Below are positions 18,416-29,995 of a stretch of 64,000 nt of DNA, in pieces. Numbering within the stretch: position 1 is the first letter of the stretch; each line of letters opens with the position of its first letter. A program made the position numbers and the translations under genes. The DNA comes from an uncultured bacterium. Its GTDB lineage: Bacteria; Babelota; Babeliae; Babelales; Vermiphilaceae. A model generated the notes under the pieces. It saw nothing but the letters and a program-made list of their open reading frames with translations, had not been told where the DNA came from and did not search any database. Location: contig OY968764.1 of the NCBI GenBank assembly GCA_963695335.1, positions 896,001 to 960,000 on the forward strand, read 5' to 3'.

Positions 18416-19981
18416 TTATTTTCTATCAATACACCACTTAATTGTTTCAATAATTTTATCTCTATTTACGAGCATGTTAAATTCAGTTTGGTTCATTACT
18501 AATTCAGAATGTTCAGGTGTGTATTGAAATTCTTGTGTTTTACAATATCCATCACTCGTTTCTTTATCAAGATCAAAGTCTGATAAATTAAACTGTGCAA
18601 ATTCAGGTTTTGATCTGTTTTTTTCCCATAAATCTTTATCACTGATGCGTGGCATATAAATTACAACAGGAGCTTGTGGATTGCTTTCATCTTTAAAGAT
18701 GCTGATTGTTTTTTTGTCTATGTCTGTATAATCAATTGTTGGGAAAGGTAATGTATATTTTTGTGCATAAGCAGCAACTTTTTGTAGTTGTTCACCCACC
18801 GGTCCTGCAGATGAATCTAAGAAGATAAGAATTTCTGGAGCACGTTCTGCGCATATACCACTGATAGGTGGGTAAGGTAGGTTAATTTCAAGGCCAGAAT
18901 CAACAAAATCCATATATTTATTAGTAGTGATTGTTTTATCGGCAACATTATTCATTTTATACATATAATTTGGTACTTTTGCATAAAAATGAAGCGGGCG
19001 ATCTGCTTCTACATCGTTTGGGATAAGAGATTCAATTTCTTTTCGTATAGCAGGATCTTTTATAATTTCTTCTATGATATCACGAATATTTGCTCCAAAT
19101 GCAGATCCCCATGTGCCCATACCATATCCAAGAGATTTTTCGTGTGTCTGTTTTTTTAATTTTCCCTGCTTAAATATGCTACCATATGCTGTTGTTGGTA
19201 TATGTATATTATTGTTGCGATCACCAATCGTATGAGGTGTAAATTCATACCACGTTTGTCCCGTTACAATTGTTTCTCTTCCATCAGTTGCCGTAAAAAT
19301 AGGATAAGGGTGTGTTCCTTGTGAAATTGTGTTTGCTAATTGGGATAAAGTAACCATTTGGCGTTTTTCTCCCAAAGACTCAAGTAATCTATTTGCTAAA
19401 CAAAAACCATACACATCTACTGGCGTGAATGGTTTTTTGTTTATTTTTTCAAGTACTGCTTTGAGCATTAATTCTTTTTCTTCAAGAGTGGATTCTAAAA
19501 ATGGTTTTGCAACACATTCTTTAAGATATCCTCTGAACTCTTGTATTGGTTTGCCGGTGACAATCCATGGAGCAACAGCCCACGTTGAACCAGATAGTGC
19601 TGTAATATATGTAGTTGCATCAAGAAGACCTATTTTATCTGCGCCACATAAAGAACCAGTAGTGCATTGCGCTGCTCTATATCCGCCGCCACTACCAATC
19701 ATTGCAATAATTGGAATTTGTTTTTCTTCTAATGTTTGGTTGAGCATTTTTTCTAATGCGGCTTTTACGATTGGCAAACGTTGTTGACGATATGCTTTTT
19801 CGCCCTCACTAATGCCAAGATTATATTGTGCAATTTGGGTGTCTTGCTGATGTGTTGCGTGATGTAAGTTGGGAAAAATATGGTGTAGAACGTTTTGTGC
19901 TAATTCCATGCTATACATAGATGGTATGATTACAATGGAATACATTGTAGTTTTTAGAATACGTGATGCGATATGTTTCAT
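18416..19981 (-). CDS. cPLA2/lysophospholipase (PLA2c-type) enzyme
   Basis: SGGGYRA, ALSGSTW, DSGL; RBS AAGGAG before MKHIAS. Confidence 0.85.
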   Translation of the reverse strand: MKHIASRILKTTMYSIVIIPSMYSMELAQNVLHHIFPNLHHATHQQDTQIAQYNLGISEGEKAYRQQRLPIVKAALEKMLNQTLEEKQIPIIAMIGSGGGYRAAQCTTGSLCGADKIGLLDATTYITALSGSTWAVAPWIVTGKPIQEFRGYLKECVAKPFLESTLEEKELMLKAVLEKINKKPFTPVDVYGFCLANRLLESLGEKRQMVTLSQLANTISQGTHPYPIFTATDGRETIVTGQTWYEFTPHTIGDRNNNIHIPTTAYGSIFKQGKLKKQTHEKSLGYGMGTWGSAFGANIRDIIEEIIKDPAIRKEIESLIPNDVEADRPLHFYAKVPNYMYKMNNVADKTITTNKYMDFVDSGLEINLPYPPISGICAERAPEILIFLDSSAGPVGEQLQKVAAYAQKYTLPFPTIDYTDIDKKTISIFKDESNPQAPVVIYMPRISDKDLWEKNRSKPEFAQFNLSDFDLDKETSDGYCKTQEFQYTPEHSELVMNQTEFNMLVNRDKIIETIKWCIDRK

Positions 19982-20089
19982 GTGTATCTCCTTTATTTTG
20001 ATAGAGTTTTTCTTTGCTTCTATCATAATGTTGAAGGAGATAAATTTTGCAAGATTTTTTTATTAGATTATTGGTTGCTCTTATATTGT

Positions 20090-20716
20090 TCAGTCATAAT
20101 TTTTATAGTGTTGTATCTGGTAAATAATTGGAGTAACATTTTTGATTTTTTCTTCATGAATAATAAATTTTGCTTTGGGTTTAAAATCATTTTCTTCACC
20201 ATATTCAACACGTAAAACTTTATATTCATTAATATCTGTATGAGAATAACCAAAGCCCTCATAGCTTGGTTTTGGTATTTTGGTTAAATATCTTCTTATT
20301 GCAATAGGTATGGTTTTAAATATTTTATAATCTTTTTTACTTTCTAAGCTATAAATCATTTCTACGCGTTCTTTTTCTTTATAATGATTATGAATAACGT
20401 AAGCCTCAAAATATTTTTGGAGGCAATCGCCTTGTTGAGTTGTAAGGTAGTAAAGGTATGCTTTGGGAATACCATAATCATCCCAAGCGGGCATTCCAAC
20501 ATAGTTATTGTAGGGATGTCGCTCGTATGAGACTTGGTCTTCTCTGATTTGTAAGCAGAGTTCTTTTATCAGAGGAGCAATTTCTTTGGGTAGTTGATAT
20601 TCAGTAATCATTCTTTCAGTCAATATAAAATCTGTAATAATTGAGCTTTCTTTTTCCATTGCATGCGCGTTTGATATTACCAGAGAGGTGATGAAAAGAA
20701 CCGTATGAGTTTTCAT
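20090..20716 (-). CDS. Secreted hypothetical protein
   Basis: Signal peptide AHA-MEK; QLPKEIAPLI segment. Confidence 0.7.
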   Translation of the reverse strand: MKTHTVLFITSLVISNAHAMEKESSIITDFILTERMITEYQLPKEIAPLIKELCLQIREDQVSYERHPYNNYVGMPAWDDYGIPKAYLYYLTTQQGDCLQKYFEAYVIHNHYKEKERVEMIYSLESKKDYKIFKTIPIAIRRYLTKIPKPSYEGFGYSHTDINEYKVLRVEYGEENDFKPKAKFIIHEEKIKNVTPIIYQIQHYKNYD

Positions 20717-20796
20717 GGATAATCCTTGTTATTACTGTTTTGGATGTGTTTACAATACTACATAAATATTTTTGATACTATTTTTTTTCAGGAGTT

Positions 20797-21633
20797 GTGA
20801 TGAGTTATATTGTAGTAGGTAAAGAACATGGAGCTGATATACAATTGTATTACAAAGATTGGGGAAGAGGTCAACCAATTGTTTTTAGTCATGGTTGGCC
20901 GTTAACGGCAGATGCGTGGGAAGATCAGATGTTATTTTTGTCTCAACATGGATATCGTTGCATTGCGCATGATCGGCGTGGGCATGGCCGTTCTAGTCAG
21001 CCTTCGCAAGGCAATGATATGGATACATATGCTGATGATTTAGCAAAACTTGTTGAAGCATTAGATCTGCGCGATGTAATTCATGTTGGGCATTCAACCG
21101 GTGGTGGTGAAGTTGTGCGCTATATTGCGCGACATGGTGCACAACGTGTTTCAAAAGCTGTATTGATTAGTGCAGTACCACCAATGATGCTCAAAACAGA
21201 TACAAATCCACATGGATTAGATTTAAAAATTTTTGATGATATACGTAACAATGTTCTGCAAGATCGCGCACAATTTTTTAAAGAATTTGCTTTGCCATTT
21301 TTTGGTAGCAATAGACCAAATTCTCATGTTTCACAAGGGTTAATAGATAGTTTTTGGTTGCAGGGAATGATGGGTGGGTTAAATGCTATTTATGATTGCG
21401 TAGCAGCATTTTCTGAAACTGATTTTAGAGATGATTTGGCAAAGGTCGATGTGCCTACGCTTATTATTCAAGGTGATGATGATCAGATTGTACCATTGGA
21501 TATTTCTGGCAAATTATCCGTTAATATGATTAAAGATGCTGTTTTAAAGGTTTATCCTGGCGCACCGCATGGTTTGTGCTCAACATTAAAAGATAAAGTG
21601 AATGCAGATTTACTTGAGTTTTGTAAACAATAA
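20797..21633 (+). CDS. cpo: Alpha/beta hydrolase, non-heme chloroperoxidase/arylesterase family
   Basis: [40 protein letters not shown]. Confidence 0.9.
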   Translation: MMSYIVVGKEHGADIQLYYKDWGRGQPIVFSHGWPLTADAWEDQMLFLSQHGYRCIAHDRRGHGRSSQPSQGNDMDTYADDLAKLVEALDLRDVIHVGHSTGGGEVVRYIARHGAQRVSKAVLISAVPPMMLKTDTNPHGLDLKIFDDIRNNVLQDRAQFFKEFALPFFGSNRPNSHVSQGLIDSFWLQGMMGGLNAIYDCVAAFSETDFRDDLAKVDVPTLIIQGDDDQIVPLDISGKLSVNMIKDAVLKVYPGAPHGLCSTLKDKVNADLLEFCKQ

Positions 21634-21665
21634 AAAAATCCCCCGGTTTGGTCCGGGGGATTTTT
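21632..21665. terminator. Bidirectional terminator (cpo/dnaK)
   Basis: AAAAAAATCCCCCGG-TTTGGT-CCGGGGGATTTTT. Confidence 0.85.
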
Positions 21666-21705
21666 GAGTCATTCGTGATGGATACCCTAAAAGGGCATGT
21701 ATGTT

Positions 21706-23585
<1,880 letters not shown>

Positions 23586-23599
23586 CTCGATCCTTTTGG

Positions 23600-23712
23600 C
23601 CCTACTTCGCTTCTTTCCGCTCATCCTGAGCTTGTCGAAGGACGAAGGGCAGGTTTGTTTGTTTATACTATATTGTTTCTCTACTTCGCTCTTCGAGCTA
23701 CGAAGAGCAGGC
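23600..23712. repeat. Two type C repeats in the dnaK leader, the first containing a nested type A arm
   Basis: CCCTACTTCGCT[..CGCTCATCCTGAGCTTGTCGAAGG]ACGAAGGGCAGG and CTCTACTTCGCTCTTCGAGCTACGAAGAGCAGGC. Confidence 0.8.
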
Positions 23713-23795
23713 TAATTATTCATGATCTTGTGTACATATCTTCGAGTTTCTACTCATATACCATGATATTGTGCTGCTTTTACAGCTCTTTTTAT

Positions 23796-23823
23796 AGAAT
23801 AACAAAAACAATGGTCTTGTCAA
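23796..23823 (-). promoter_or_regulatory. Sigma70-type dnaK promoter
   Basis: Minus strand TTGACA-N16-TATTCT with extended TG. Confidence 0.6.
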
Positions 23824-23838
23824 TAAAGACTCACAAAA

Positions 23839-23859
23839 TATTAGTGGGTTACACTCAAG
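23839..23859. promoter_or_regulatory. HAIR-like HspR operator
   Basis: TATTAGT-N7-ACTCAAG vs consensus CTTGAGT-N7-ACTCAAG, just upstream of the dnaK -35. Confidence 0.55.
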
Positions 23860-23927
23860 GTTGCGATCTTGACTTGGTGGTTGTTTTAAGCAAAGTAGCG
23901 ATTGAATCGTGATTTTTAACTCTCTAT

Positions 23928-24190
23928 TATGTATGTCGGATAATTGAGATCAAGGGGGCTTGGTGATAGGGTTTTTCTATATATATCTGTACGCTCAGCA
24001 GCACATTCTTATTTTTGCTATGTGCGTCGGATAATTGATGACGGAGTGGGGCCAAAGCATTTGTATTGCCTAGTCTTTTTGCTGAGCGGGGCGAAGCAAT
24101 GGCCAACTTTTCGCGCGCACGCGGGCCCCACTCCGTCATCCTGCCCCCCGCCTTTTCCCTGCGGGAATAAAATGAAGGCGGGGGGCAGGA
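23928..24190. other. GC-rich, highly structured non-coding element
   Basis: 17-bp inverted repeat GATGACGGAGTGGGGCC/GGCCCCACTCCGTCATC; 16-bp TCCTGCCCCCCGCCTT/AAGGCGGGGGGCAGGA; direct repeat GTCGGATAATTGA twice. Confidence 0.7.
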
Positions 24191-24199
24191 GACTTCGTT

Positions 24200-24715
24200 A
24201 TAAGATGAAGAATAGAGGTAAAATAGGAAGAATAAAGAATAAGAAATAAGGGTGATTATAGAGAGTGTAAGACTATAGGTGTATACATATATATAGAGAC
24301 ATATAGAGAGATAAGAGTATAAGACGTTTTTACTACGAAGCTTGTTGCTTAAAGGGGCCCCCTTCGCTAAAAAGCGAAGTCTACCCTACAGAGAAGAATA
24401 AGAAAGCAGAATGAATAAGATAGATTATATAAGAAAATAAGTAAGAAGGGTGATAAGAATAAGATTAAGGATAAGGATAAGAGTAATAAGAATAAGAATA
24501 AGAACAAGACTAAGATTAAGATTAAGAATAAGAAAAAGAAGAATAGGTATATATATGCATATGTATATATAGAGGTATATGAGACATATAAGAATAAGGG
24601 AAATAAGAAAAGTAAGAATAATAAGGAAAAGGATAGGGGTAAGAATAAAGATGATAAAAAGAAGGATAAGTATAAGTATAAGGTAACACCCATACGTGTA
24701 TAACTATATAGAGCA
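24200..24715 (+). repeat. Purine-skewed low-complexity tract (AAGAATAAG/GATAAG-like units)
   Basis: + strand nearly devoid of C over ~500 nt. Confidence 0.85.
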
Positions 24716-24717
24716 AT

Positions 24718-24750
24718 CCCTACTACGCTCTGCGAGCTATGAAGGGCAAG
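24718..24750. repeat. Type C 33-nt repeat
   Basis: CCCTACTACGCTCTGCGAGCTATGAAGGGCAAG; 30/33 identical to reverse complement of 42890-42922. Confidence 0.85.
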
Positions 24751-25127
24751 TAAGACTAAGTACCAATCGCACGTCAATTGAACCCACGAATTATCTGATC
24801 GAACCAATACACGCGTTTATTTTTTTAAAAAATTCGTAACTTTATCAAAAAATTAATTTAATGAATAAAATTCGTAACTCAATTTAAATTAAAAAAATAC
24901 CTACTAAAAGTTTTTGAAAATCACACTATCATTTTTGCAAAAATCAAAGAATCCCTAAAAAGGGAAGGTGCGCGCCCTTGCTTTTTTATACCTACTTTTT
25001 TGGTATACATTATCCTGTCTCGTTTAACAGCATTTTTCATCAATTGCATTATTTTATAAATAATGCATACTTCTTAACAATAAAAGAAAATATTTTAAGA
25101 AAATATCCCAATGATTGGTAATGAAAT

Positions 25128-26339
25128 ATGTATCGATTTATATTTAAAATAAGCATATTCTCTCTTGTGTTGCTTTATAATAATGTATCTTTGAGTATGG
25201 AAGTTTTTGATATACAAAAATTTCCAGAAGATATCCGCAGGCACATTTTTGTGGTAGCTCATCCTTCTATACAAAATCAATTAAAAAACTGTAGTAGCTG
25301 GTGGCATGAAATAGGTGCCAAAAAAGCTCCCAATATGTATAGACTTCTTGATAATCCATCCTTCCGTGCGAGTCATGATGACTGGTGTTATATTATGATG
25401 CATGCTGCATTGGATTTTAATGTTAAGGTGATGTGTAAAGTGCTTGATCGTACTGATTTGCGCAACTTTGATTATAATCTTGATGGTAGCGTATATAAAG
25501 AATATGTCTTTGATGATGGCCTTACTGAAAGAAGAGGGCTCTATGCTTTTCGCTTGTGTGGCACGCGTTGTATTAAAGAATATAAAACATTTGATGTATT
25601 ATCGAGACTAAAAGAAGAAAAGATTCCTTCTTTTTATATTGGTTATAAAGAAAGAAACAATGTTAATCAAACTTTTGATAAAGAGAAAGATAAAGAATTA
25701 CTTGAAGAGCTTGATAGTAACTGTAAATATGTTGATGAATTGGTGGCGAGATATAAAAATAGTTGGACACAAGATACCCCTGAGAAATTTAAAGAATTGG
25801 ATTTGGAATCCAATTTAAGTGTGCCAGGTGTTGATTGTTATGGCCTCTTTGATGCTTGTTTTTGTGGTCATAGGGTACAAGTTGAAATAATGTTGGATAA
25901 TATTGTTGATGAAGAGATGGTTCAATACAGTAGCAATCGTTGTGATGATTCTTTCAATCAACGACTTGATCTTTTTAGAAAATATATGTTGATATATGAT
26001 TGTTTTTGTATAGCAACGTGTATTGGAAATAAAAGTTGTATCAAAGCACTGTCGTCTTTAAAAACTCAAGGAGAGCCTAGTAGATCCTTGGGTTTAGATT
26101 TGTTATTTTTGGCGATGCATCATAATAAACAACATATATTCAGAACATTGGTGAAACATAATGTTTATAATTGTATGAATAATGAAGTCAGTATTTTATG
26201 CGGTGCCTCTCCTTGGGAGTATAAAGCGACAAACTTTGATGAAATTCGTCGGTACACAAATATCCCTCATATTAATGAATTTATAAAGATATACAGAGAG
26301 TTTGGTGGTAAGACTTGGAAAGAGGTTGAACAATCTTGA
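25128..26339 (+). CDS. Secreted protein with F-box-like N-terminus and ankyrin-like helices (paralog 1)
   Basis: Signal peptide SLS-MEV; QKFPEDIRRHIF...CSSWW; LFDACFCGH. Confidence 0.7.
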   Translation: MYRFIFKISIFSLVLLYNNVSLSMEVFDIQKFPEDIRRHIFVVAHPSIQNQLKNCSSWWHEIGAKKAPNMYRLLDNPSFRASHDDWCYIMMHAALDFNVKVMCKVLDRTDLRNFDYNLDGSVYKEYVFDDGLTERRGLYAFRLCGTRCIKEYKTFDVLSRLKEEKIPSFYIGYKERNNVNQTFDKEKDKELLEELDSNCKYVDELVARYKNSWTQDTPEKFKELDLESNLSVPGVDCYGLFDACFCGHRVQVEIMLDNIVDEEMVQYSSNRCDDSFNQRLDLFRKYMLIYDCFCIATCIGNKSCIKALSSLKTQGEPSRSLGLDLLFLAMHHNKQHIFRTLVKHNVYNCMNNEVSILCGASPWEYKATNFDEIRRYTNIPHINEFIKIYREFGGKTWKEVEQS

Positions 26340-27337
26340 TTTGTGTGAGATTAACCATTCTATTGCTTGCGTTACTTTATAATCATGTGTCTGTGAGTAT
26401 GGAAGTTTTTGAGATACAAAAGTTTCCAGAAGATATTTGCAGGCACATTTTTGTGGTGGCTCATCCTTCTATACAAAATCAATTAAAAAAATGTAGTAGC
26501 TGGTGGCATGAAGTAGGTGCCAAAAAAGTTCCCAATATGTATAGACTCGTTGAGAATGCATCTTTTTGTGCAAGTCATGATGATTGGTGTTATATCATGA
26601 TGCATGCTGCGTTGGATAAGAATGTTGAAGTGATGAGTAAAGTACTTGATCATACCAATCAACGTAATTTTGACTATGATTTTGGTACAGATTATCTTGC
26701 CGATAGATATAAAAAGAAAAGAAGATTTCGACTATGTGATGTGTATGATTTTAGTGCGATCGGCGATAATAACACAATTGTGGTAAGTAATAAATTTAAG
26801 GAGTTGGATTTAGTATCTTACCCTGATGAGGCCAAGCCGTTTTGGTGGGTCTCTCTATTTAGCGCTTGTTTTGTAGGTGATATCAATACAGTTAAACAAG
26901 TTGTTGCGCAGATGGGAAATGAAAAATGTTATCAAAGTAAAGTATACGATTGTATTGTGATTTCTCTTTATAATAATAATCCATACTCTATTGAACTACT
27001 ATCTCCCTTGATACATCATATTGTGATGGATGAAATGCATGTTGATTTGTTAAAGATGGCGATGCGTAATAATAAAAAACATGCATTTAGGGCTTTGATT
27101 CAATATGAAGTTTATGGTCGTTTGAATGATACTCTTTTGATGCACGCAGGCCGTAAGGTAACGGTCTTGGATGAATTGCTTGAACAAATAGATATTTCTA
27201 ATATTGCCGAATATATTGAACTGTGCAAAGAACTTGGTTGTAAAACGTGGCAAGAAGTAGAGTGTGAGGAGGCTGAAAAGGAAATTGGTCTTTTTTCTGT
27301 TTGCGCCTTTGTCTCGACTTTTTGTAGCGTACAATGA
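26336..27337 (+). CDS. Secreted F-box-like/ankyrin-like protein (paralog 2)
   Basis: ~95 N-terminal residues nearly identical to the upstream gene; LFSACFVGD. Confidence 0.7.
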   Translation: MICVRLTILLLALLYNHVSVSMEVFEIQKFPEDICRHIFVVAHPSIQNQLKKCSSWWHEVGAKKVPNMYRLVENASFCASHDDWCYIMMHAALDKNVEVMSKVLDHTNQRNFDYDFGTDYLADRYKKKRRFRLCDVYDFSAIGDNNTIVVSNKFKELDLVSYPDEAKPFWWVSLFSACFVGDINTVKQVVAQMGNEKCYQSKVYDCIVISLYNNNPYSIELLSPLIHHIVMDEMHVDLLKMAMRNNKKHAFRALIQYEVYGRLNDTLLMHAGRKVTVLDELLEQIDISNIAEYIELCKELGCKTWQEVECEEAEKEIGLFSVCAFVSTFCSVQ

Positions 27338-27436
27338 CGTTAAGCAATCCTATTTCTTATTGTAATTTATTATGGCTTTGTTATGCTGTTTTAGTGTAAC
27401 AAAGCTATAATTTTATATTTCTGTTGGATAATCGAG

Positions 27437-28594
27437 GTGTGTATGTTTTTAAGATTAATATTGGCCATGCTTTCTTTAGCGCATAGTGTATCTTTTGCTA
27501 TGATTGTGCATTATAAAAATAAAGAAGCTAAAAAAAGAGTTGAAAGTTCTGTTCGCCAATGTTTTGCAAGACAAGAAATTGCAATAGAGAAAGAAAGATG
27601 GCAAAGCTTACCACAAGAAGAACAAGCTAAATACAAACTAGCAAGACTTTATAAAAAACAGAATAATCTAAAATTTGTAGCAAGATATCTTAAAAATCAA
27701 GATGTACCAATATTTTTAGTGAGCTTCGATAAGGATGATACACAAATATATGGTATTGATCCTTATGCAAAGTCATTTTATAAAAATCCTGATAAGCAAA
27801 TCTTTGCAGCAGATCCAGAGATTGTTGAAATTGGACGTTTAAAAACTGAGAATATCAAAAAATTACATTCTCGTTCTTATAAGGGTGCGATTGATTCGCT
27901 TGGTAGTGGTATAGTTTTGGGAAAAGATGAAGATATAGTGCATGAATTTGTAAAAGTAGATGAACAATTACAAGGTCATAATCAAGTTAAATATTTTATG
28001 AATATAGGTTGTATTGATCTTGCTATTAAATATCCTTTTGTTAAAAATAATGCTTTAGAGATATTGTTGCAACGAGAAAAGCAATTGAGTGCATTCTGGA
28101 TGGGTAATAATCAGCGTTGGGATGCTGGTTATCTTTTATTAAAAATGGTAACTCATGATAAAAAAGCTTTTGAATTAGTTGCGCATAAAGATCCGTATAG
28201 TTCTAACAGAATGTTATATACTAATTTGTCTGGGAAACAGAGAACCTATTTAGATCGAATGAAAAAAAAGAGTGATATGTTTGATCAAGAACATATTGAT
28301 ATTCTTGTTCGTGAGGGTGGTATGAGTGTTAAAGAAGTTGAAGGGATGAACCAAGTTGATAGAATTTTGCAGGGAAAAATGACTCTTGAAGAAATTGTTG
28401 CAGAAAATACCTGGAAGCAAATTATCAAAAATAGCAATGGTGAGAATAGTAATAAATATTTGGAATCACAAATACTGTTGAGAGATACCCAAGAGAGACA
28501 AGCAAGAGAAGAAACTGAAAGAAGATTGATGCAAAGAACTATGATGATGGCTGGGTTAATGAATGCAATGCTTGGAGATAGGGATATCGATTAA
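27437..28594 (+). CDS. Secreted hypothetical protein
   Basis: 385-aa ORF, GAGG RBS, signal peptide SFA-MIV. Confidence 0.7.
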   Translation: MCMFLRLILAMLSLAHSVSFAMIVHYKNKEAKKRVESSVRQCFARQEIAIEKERWQSLPQEEQAKYKLARLYKKQNNLKFVARYLKNQDVPIFLVSFDKDDTQIYGIDPYAKSFYKNPDKQIFAADPEIVEIGRLKTENIKKLHSRSYKGAIDSLGSGIVLGKDEDIVHEFVKVDEQLQGHNQVKYFMNIGCIDLAIKYPFVKNNALEILLQREKQLSAFWMGNNQRWDAGYLLLKMVTHDKKAFELVAHKDPYSSNRMLYTNLSGKQRTYLDRMKKKSDMFDQEHIDILVREGGMSVKEVEGMNQVDRILQGKMTLEEIVAENTWKQIIKNSNGENSNKYLESQILLRDTQERQAREETERRLMQRTMMMAGLMNAMLGDRDID

Positions 28595-28856
28595 CCATTA
28601 ATAATAATCCTTGCGAGATAGCTATAAGTACAATTCTAAAAGAATTTATCAAGATGATTTTTATAAAACAAGAGCAAAAAAGGTTCTGTTTTGTAAGAAT
28701 CATCTTTTTGGTTTAAATGCATGACTTTGCTATAAATTTACTAACACCAATCCGTTTTTGTTCTCTTATTTTTTGACGTAATAATATCTTGTGTTACTCA
28801 TACAACAATGTATGATAAATATCCTATATGCATGTAATAGTATACAGAGAGGTATT

Positions 28857-29879
28857 ATGAATACGCCGTTTTTGACAACTCGCATCGTACTTATTATTTC
28901 ATTCTTTTTTACTCAGCAAATGTGTGGTATGGAATTGATTTTTTATGGTAAGCGATTGCTGAGTAAATGCTTTTATAGTGAACTTGTGCAAAATAAACAA
29001 TTCAAGCATTTTTCTGAGTTGCCAAAAGAAACTCAATTGCTCATTTTTCAATACTCAGATAATAAAGCAGCAGATATTCAGAGTCTTGATCAGTATTGGT
29101 CTCAAACAGTATCAATAAAATCTCCACTGTTTGTTCATGAATTTTGTCAAGTTGGTCATGATCGTGTATGTCGTATCTTTTTGAATGCTGTGTATAACGG
29201 TAACTATGTAGGTGTTAAAAATATTTTAAAAAATAGTTATCTCAGCAATGCTGAATGTAAAAGTCTGTGTTATCGCAATGTTGATAATAATGAATCAGGA
29301 TACGAAATTGTATTGGATCCGTATCATATTGCAAGAGAAGACAAACCGATGATTGAGTTATTAGAACAGTATAAAGTTACAACTTTGCCATCAGGTAAGG
29401 TACCATGTCAACCTACTCCTTTAATTATGGCATGCATTGCGGGAAACAGTGATGTTATTAATCGTAATATCAAAGGTAATAAAGTTAACATTAGAAGAGC
29501 CTTAAATATAGTGGTTACCTGTGATTATGAAAAATGTATGAGGCAGTTAATGTATTCTCTACATGATGAATTTGAAGAGTTGTTAGTACGCGATGAAGAC
29601 CGAAAGTTGTTGGCCCGTAAACTTTTAAGAAGAGCATGTCGTTCTAAAAGTTACAAGGTGTTACCAATATTGCTTGATGATGGAGCTTGTGATAAAAATG
29701 ATATTTTTGATGATAAAACGATGCTTGATGAGGTATTAGAGTTAGTAAAACATGATTGTACTTTTGATGTAGTTGTAGCATTACTCAAAGAATATGGTGC
29801 ACAAACAGCACAGCAAATTGCTGATAAAAATGCTGAGTTAGCAGAAGAACGTGAATATATGCCATTTTCATGGCAGTAA
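28857..29879 (+). CDS. Secreted F-box-like/ankyrin-like protein
   Basis: Signal peptide MCG-MEL; FSELPKETQLLIFQY; TPLIMACIAGN; LLKEYGA. Confidence 0.7.
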   Translation: MNTPFLTTRIVLIISFFFTQQMCGMELIFYGKRLLSKCFYSELVQNKQFKHFSELPKETQLLIFQYSDNKAADIQSLDQYWSQTVSIKSPLFVHEFCQVGHDRVCRIFLNAVYNGNYVGVKNILKNSYLSNAECKSLCYRNVDNNESGYEIVLDPYHIAREDKPMIELLEQYKVTTLPSGKVPCQPTPLIMACIAGNSDVINRNIKGNKVNIRRALNIVVTCDYEKCMRQLMYSLHDEFEELLVRDEDRKLLARKLLRRACRSKSYKVLPILLDDGACDKNDIFDDKTMLDEVLELVKHDCTFDVVVALLKEYGAQTAQQIADKNAELAEEREYMPFSWQ

Positions 29880-29995
29880 ACTATTTTTAACATAAAAAAT
29901 TATAGACCTTAAATATTCTATAAAAATGTGATATACTTTTTTTGTGTAGAAGCTATCCTTGCGAGGAGCTATACCTTTTTATGAAAGGGTGGCAG

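Noticed and set aside
23586..23624. N-terminal extension of DnaK ([13 protein letters not shown]); similarly the 11651-11809 extension of the ATPase
   Set aside because: Derived from upstream repeats; RBS and conserved N-termini support starts at 23585 and 11810
23930..24040. GTCGGATAATTGA as dif site or DnaA box
   Set aside because: No XerD arm (TTATGTTAAAT); TTATCCGAC matches the DnaA box only partly
24367..24807. 146-aa Leu/Phe-rich minus-strand ORF and other ORFs in 23927-24716
   Set aside because: Translation of the low-complexity purine tract or hairpins; no RBS or protein-like composition
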